Position numbers and translations under genes: made by a program. The notes beneath the pieces are model-generated. The model searched no databases. It had not been told where the DNA came from and saw only the letters and a list, made by a program, of their open reading frames with translations. Positions 63,415-64,000 of a DNA stretch of 64,000 nucleotides are shown piece after piece. Location of the stretch: the IMG/VR virus record IMGVR_UViG_3300020045_007949, positions 1-64,000 of that record. One strand, 5' to 3'. Each line of letters begins with the position of its first letter. The stretch's first letter is position 1. The DNA is from a virus. Lineage: Duplodnaviria; Caudoviricetes.

Positions 63415-63836
63415 TAGACAAGTAATAAAAAAGTGAAAGTTCTTTAAATAGTTATATACTTTCTTTACAATAGTAAATGTTATAATATAAGTTCTTTAAT
63501 ATATTATAAATGTTATTTGAATAATGATATAGTATAATTTACTATAAGGTTTATTTATTCGCTATATAGGATACGTGCATACGTACACGCATATAGAACG
63601 CAAAACAAGCGATATAAAGCATTGTTTATGTGTCGTTAAGTAGATAGGATTATATGAGTGGTATTATTGCCTTGTGGCGGTTGTTTCGTGCCTCTATCGT
63701 TGTTGTGGCATAGGGGTATAGCCTTAGTCAATATTGGTCGAGATTGGGGTGGGGGTATAGTCCCTCCACACATTCGAGCCTATGGGGAGAGTGGGTCTTG
63801 TAAATTTGTTTCTCAAAACACCAATATGGGGTGGGT

Positions 63837-63868
63837 AAAAAAAATAGGCTGGGTATTAAGCCAGCCTA
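63837..63868 (-). terminator. intrinsic terminator
   Basis: TAGGCTGG/CCAGCCTA plus U8 on minus strand. Confidence 0.8.
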
Positions 63869-63872
63869 AATA

Positions 63873-64000
63873 CTAAATCGGTTTATATGTAACTGTTTTA
63901 ACTTCTTTCATTTCCGTAAACTCTAAATTTACGTAACAATCGGAATATCCCATAGACTCTGAAAACACATTTGATATGTGCCTAATGCCAAGAAGTACAT
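63873..64000 (-). CDS. 3' end of a gene entering from beyond the window
   Basis: Open frame ...VLLGIRHISNVFSESMGYSDCYVNLEFTEMKEVKTVTYKPI* followed by a terminator. Confidence 0.6.
   Translation of the reverse strand, partial: VLLGIRHISNVFSESMGYSDCYVNLEFTEMKEVKTVTYKPI

Noticed and set aside
63658-63876. 72-aa plus-strand ORF
   Set aside because: GTG start, crosses G-tracts and a terminator hairpin; likely a by-product of local GC richness
1-64000. CRISPR array, integrase/repressor, reverse transcriptase (DGR/retron), introns or homing endonucleases
   Set aside because: No regularly spaced repeats or recognisable motifs seen by eye; such genes could lie outside the window
1-64000. Stop-codon reassignment
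   Set aside because: Large genes are intact in the standard code and no suppressor (CTA/TCA/TTA) tRNA was found

Overview
AT-rich tailed dsDNA phage genome segment, probably a siphovirus (1537-aa tape measure, no sheath seen). The host is inferred to be Bacteroidota, from recurrent TTTG/TTG-N19-20-TAnnTTT(G/A) promoters, a GTTCTTTGACATATTG boxA-like element and a BT4734-like primase-helicase. The window is not the whole genome: an SF2 helicase runs off the left edge and another gene enters at the right edge. Layout: 1-6430 leftward replication/accessory genes and tRNA/ncRNA array 1; 6523-39962 mostly rightward virion, lysis and packaging genes in an unusual order, with inserted leftward islands and tRNA array 2; 40003-63400 leftward replication, recombination and early genes; 63400-63870 non-coding. 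No integrase, repressor, CRISPR array or RT was seen. Top observation: tRNA array 2 (Pro, Gln, degenerate Pro, His, Leu, Arg) decodes only CNN codons, and all five intact tRNAs carry A37. The array lies behind a promoter, an apparently leaderless 20-codon ORF with 8 CNN codons in a 9-codon stretch matching those tRNAs, and a terminator/antiterminator pair. This looks like a translation-coupled attenuator that switches on backup tRNAs when CNN decoding fails. Other highlights: two tRNA-shaped ~130-nt ncRNAs in array 1, two duplicated structured RNA motifs with compensatory changes, and terminator-containing leaders ahead of both wHTH/replication genes. All RNA structures were folded by eye and protein calls are motif recognition, not database results.
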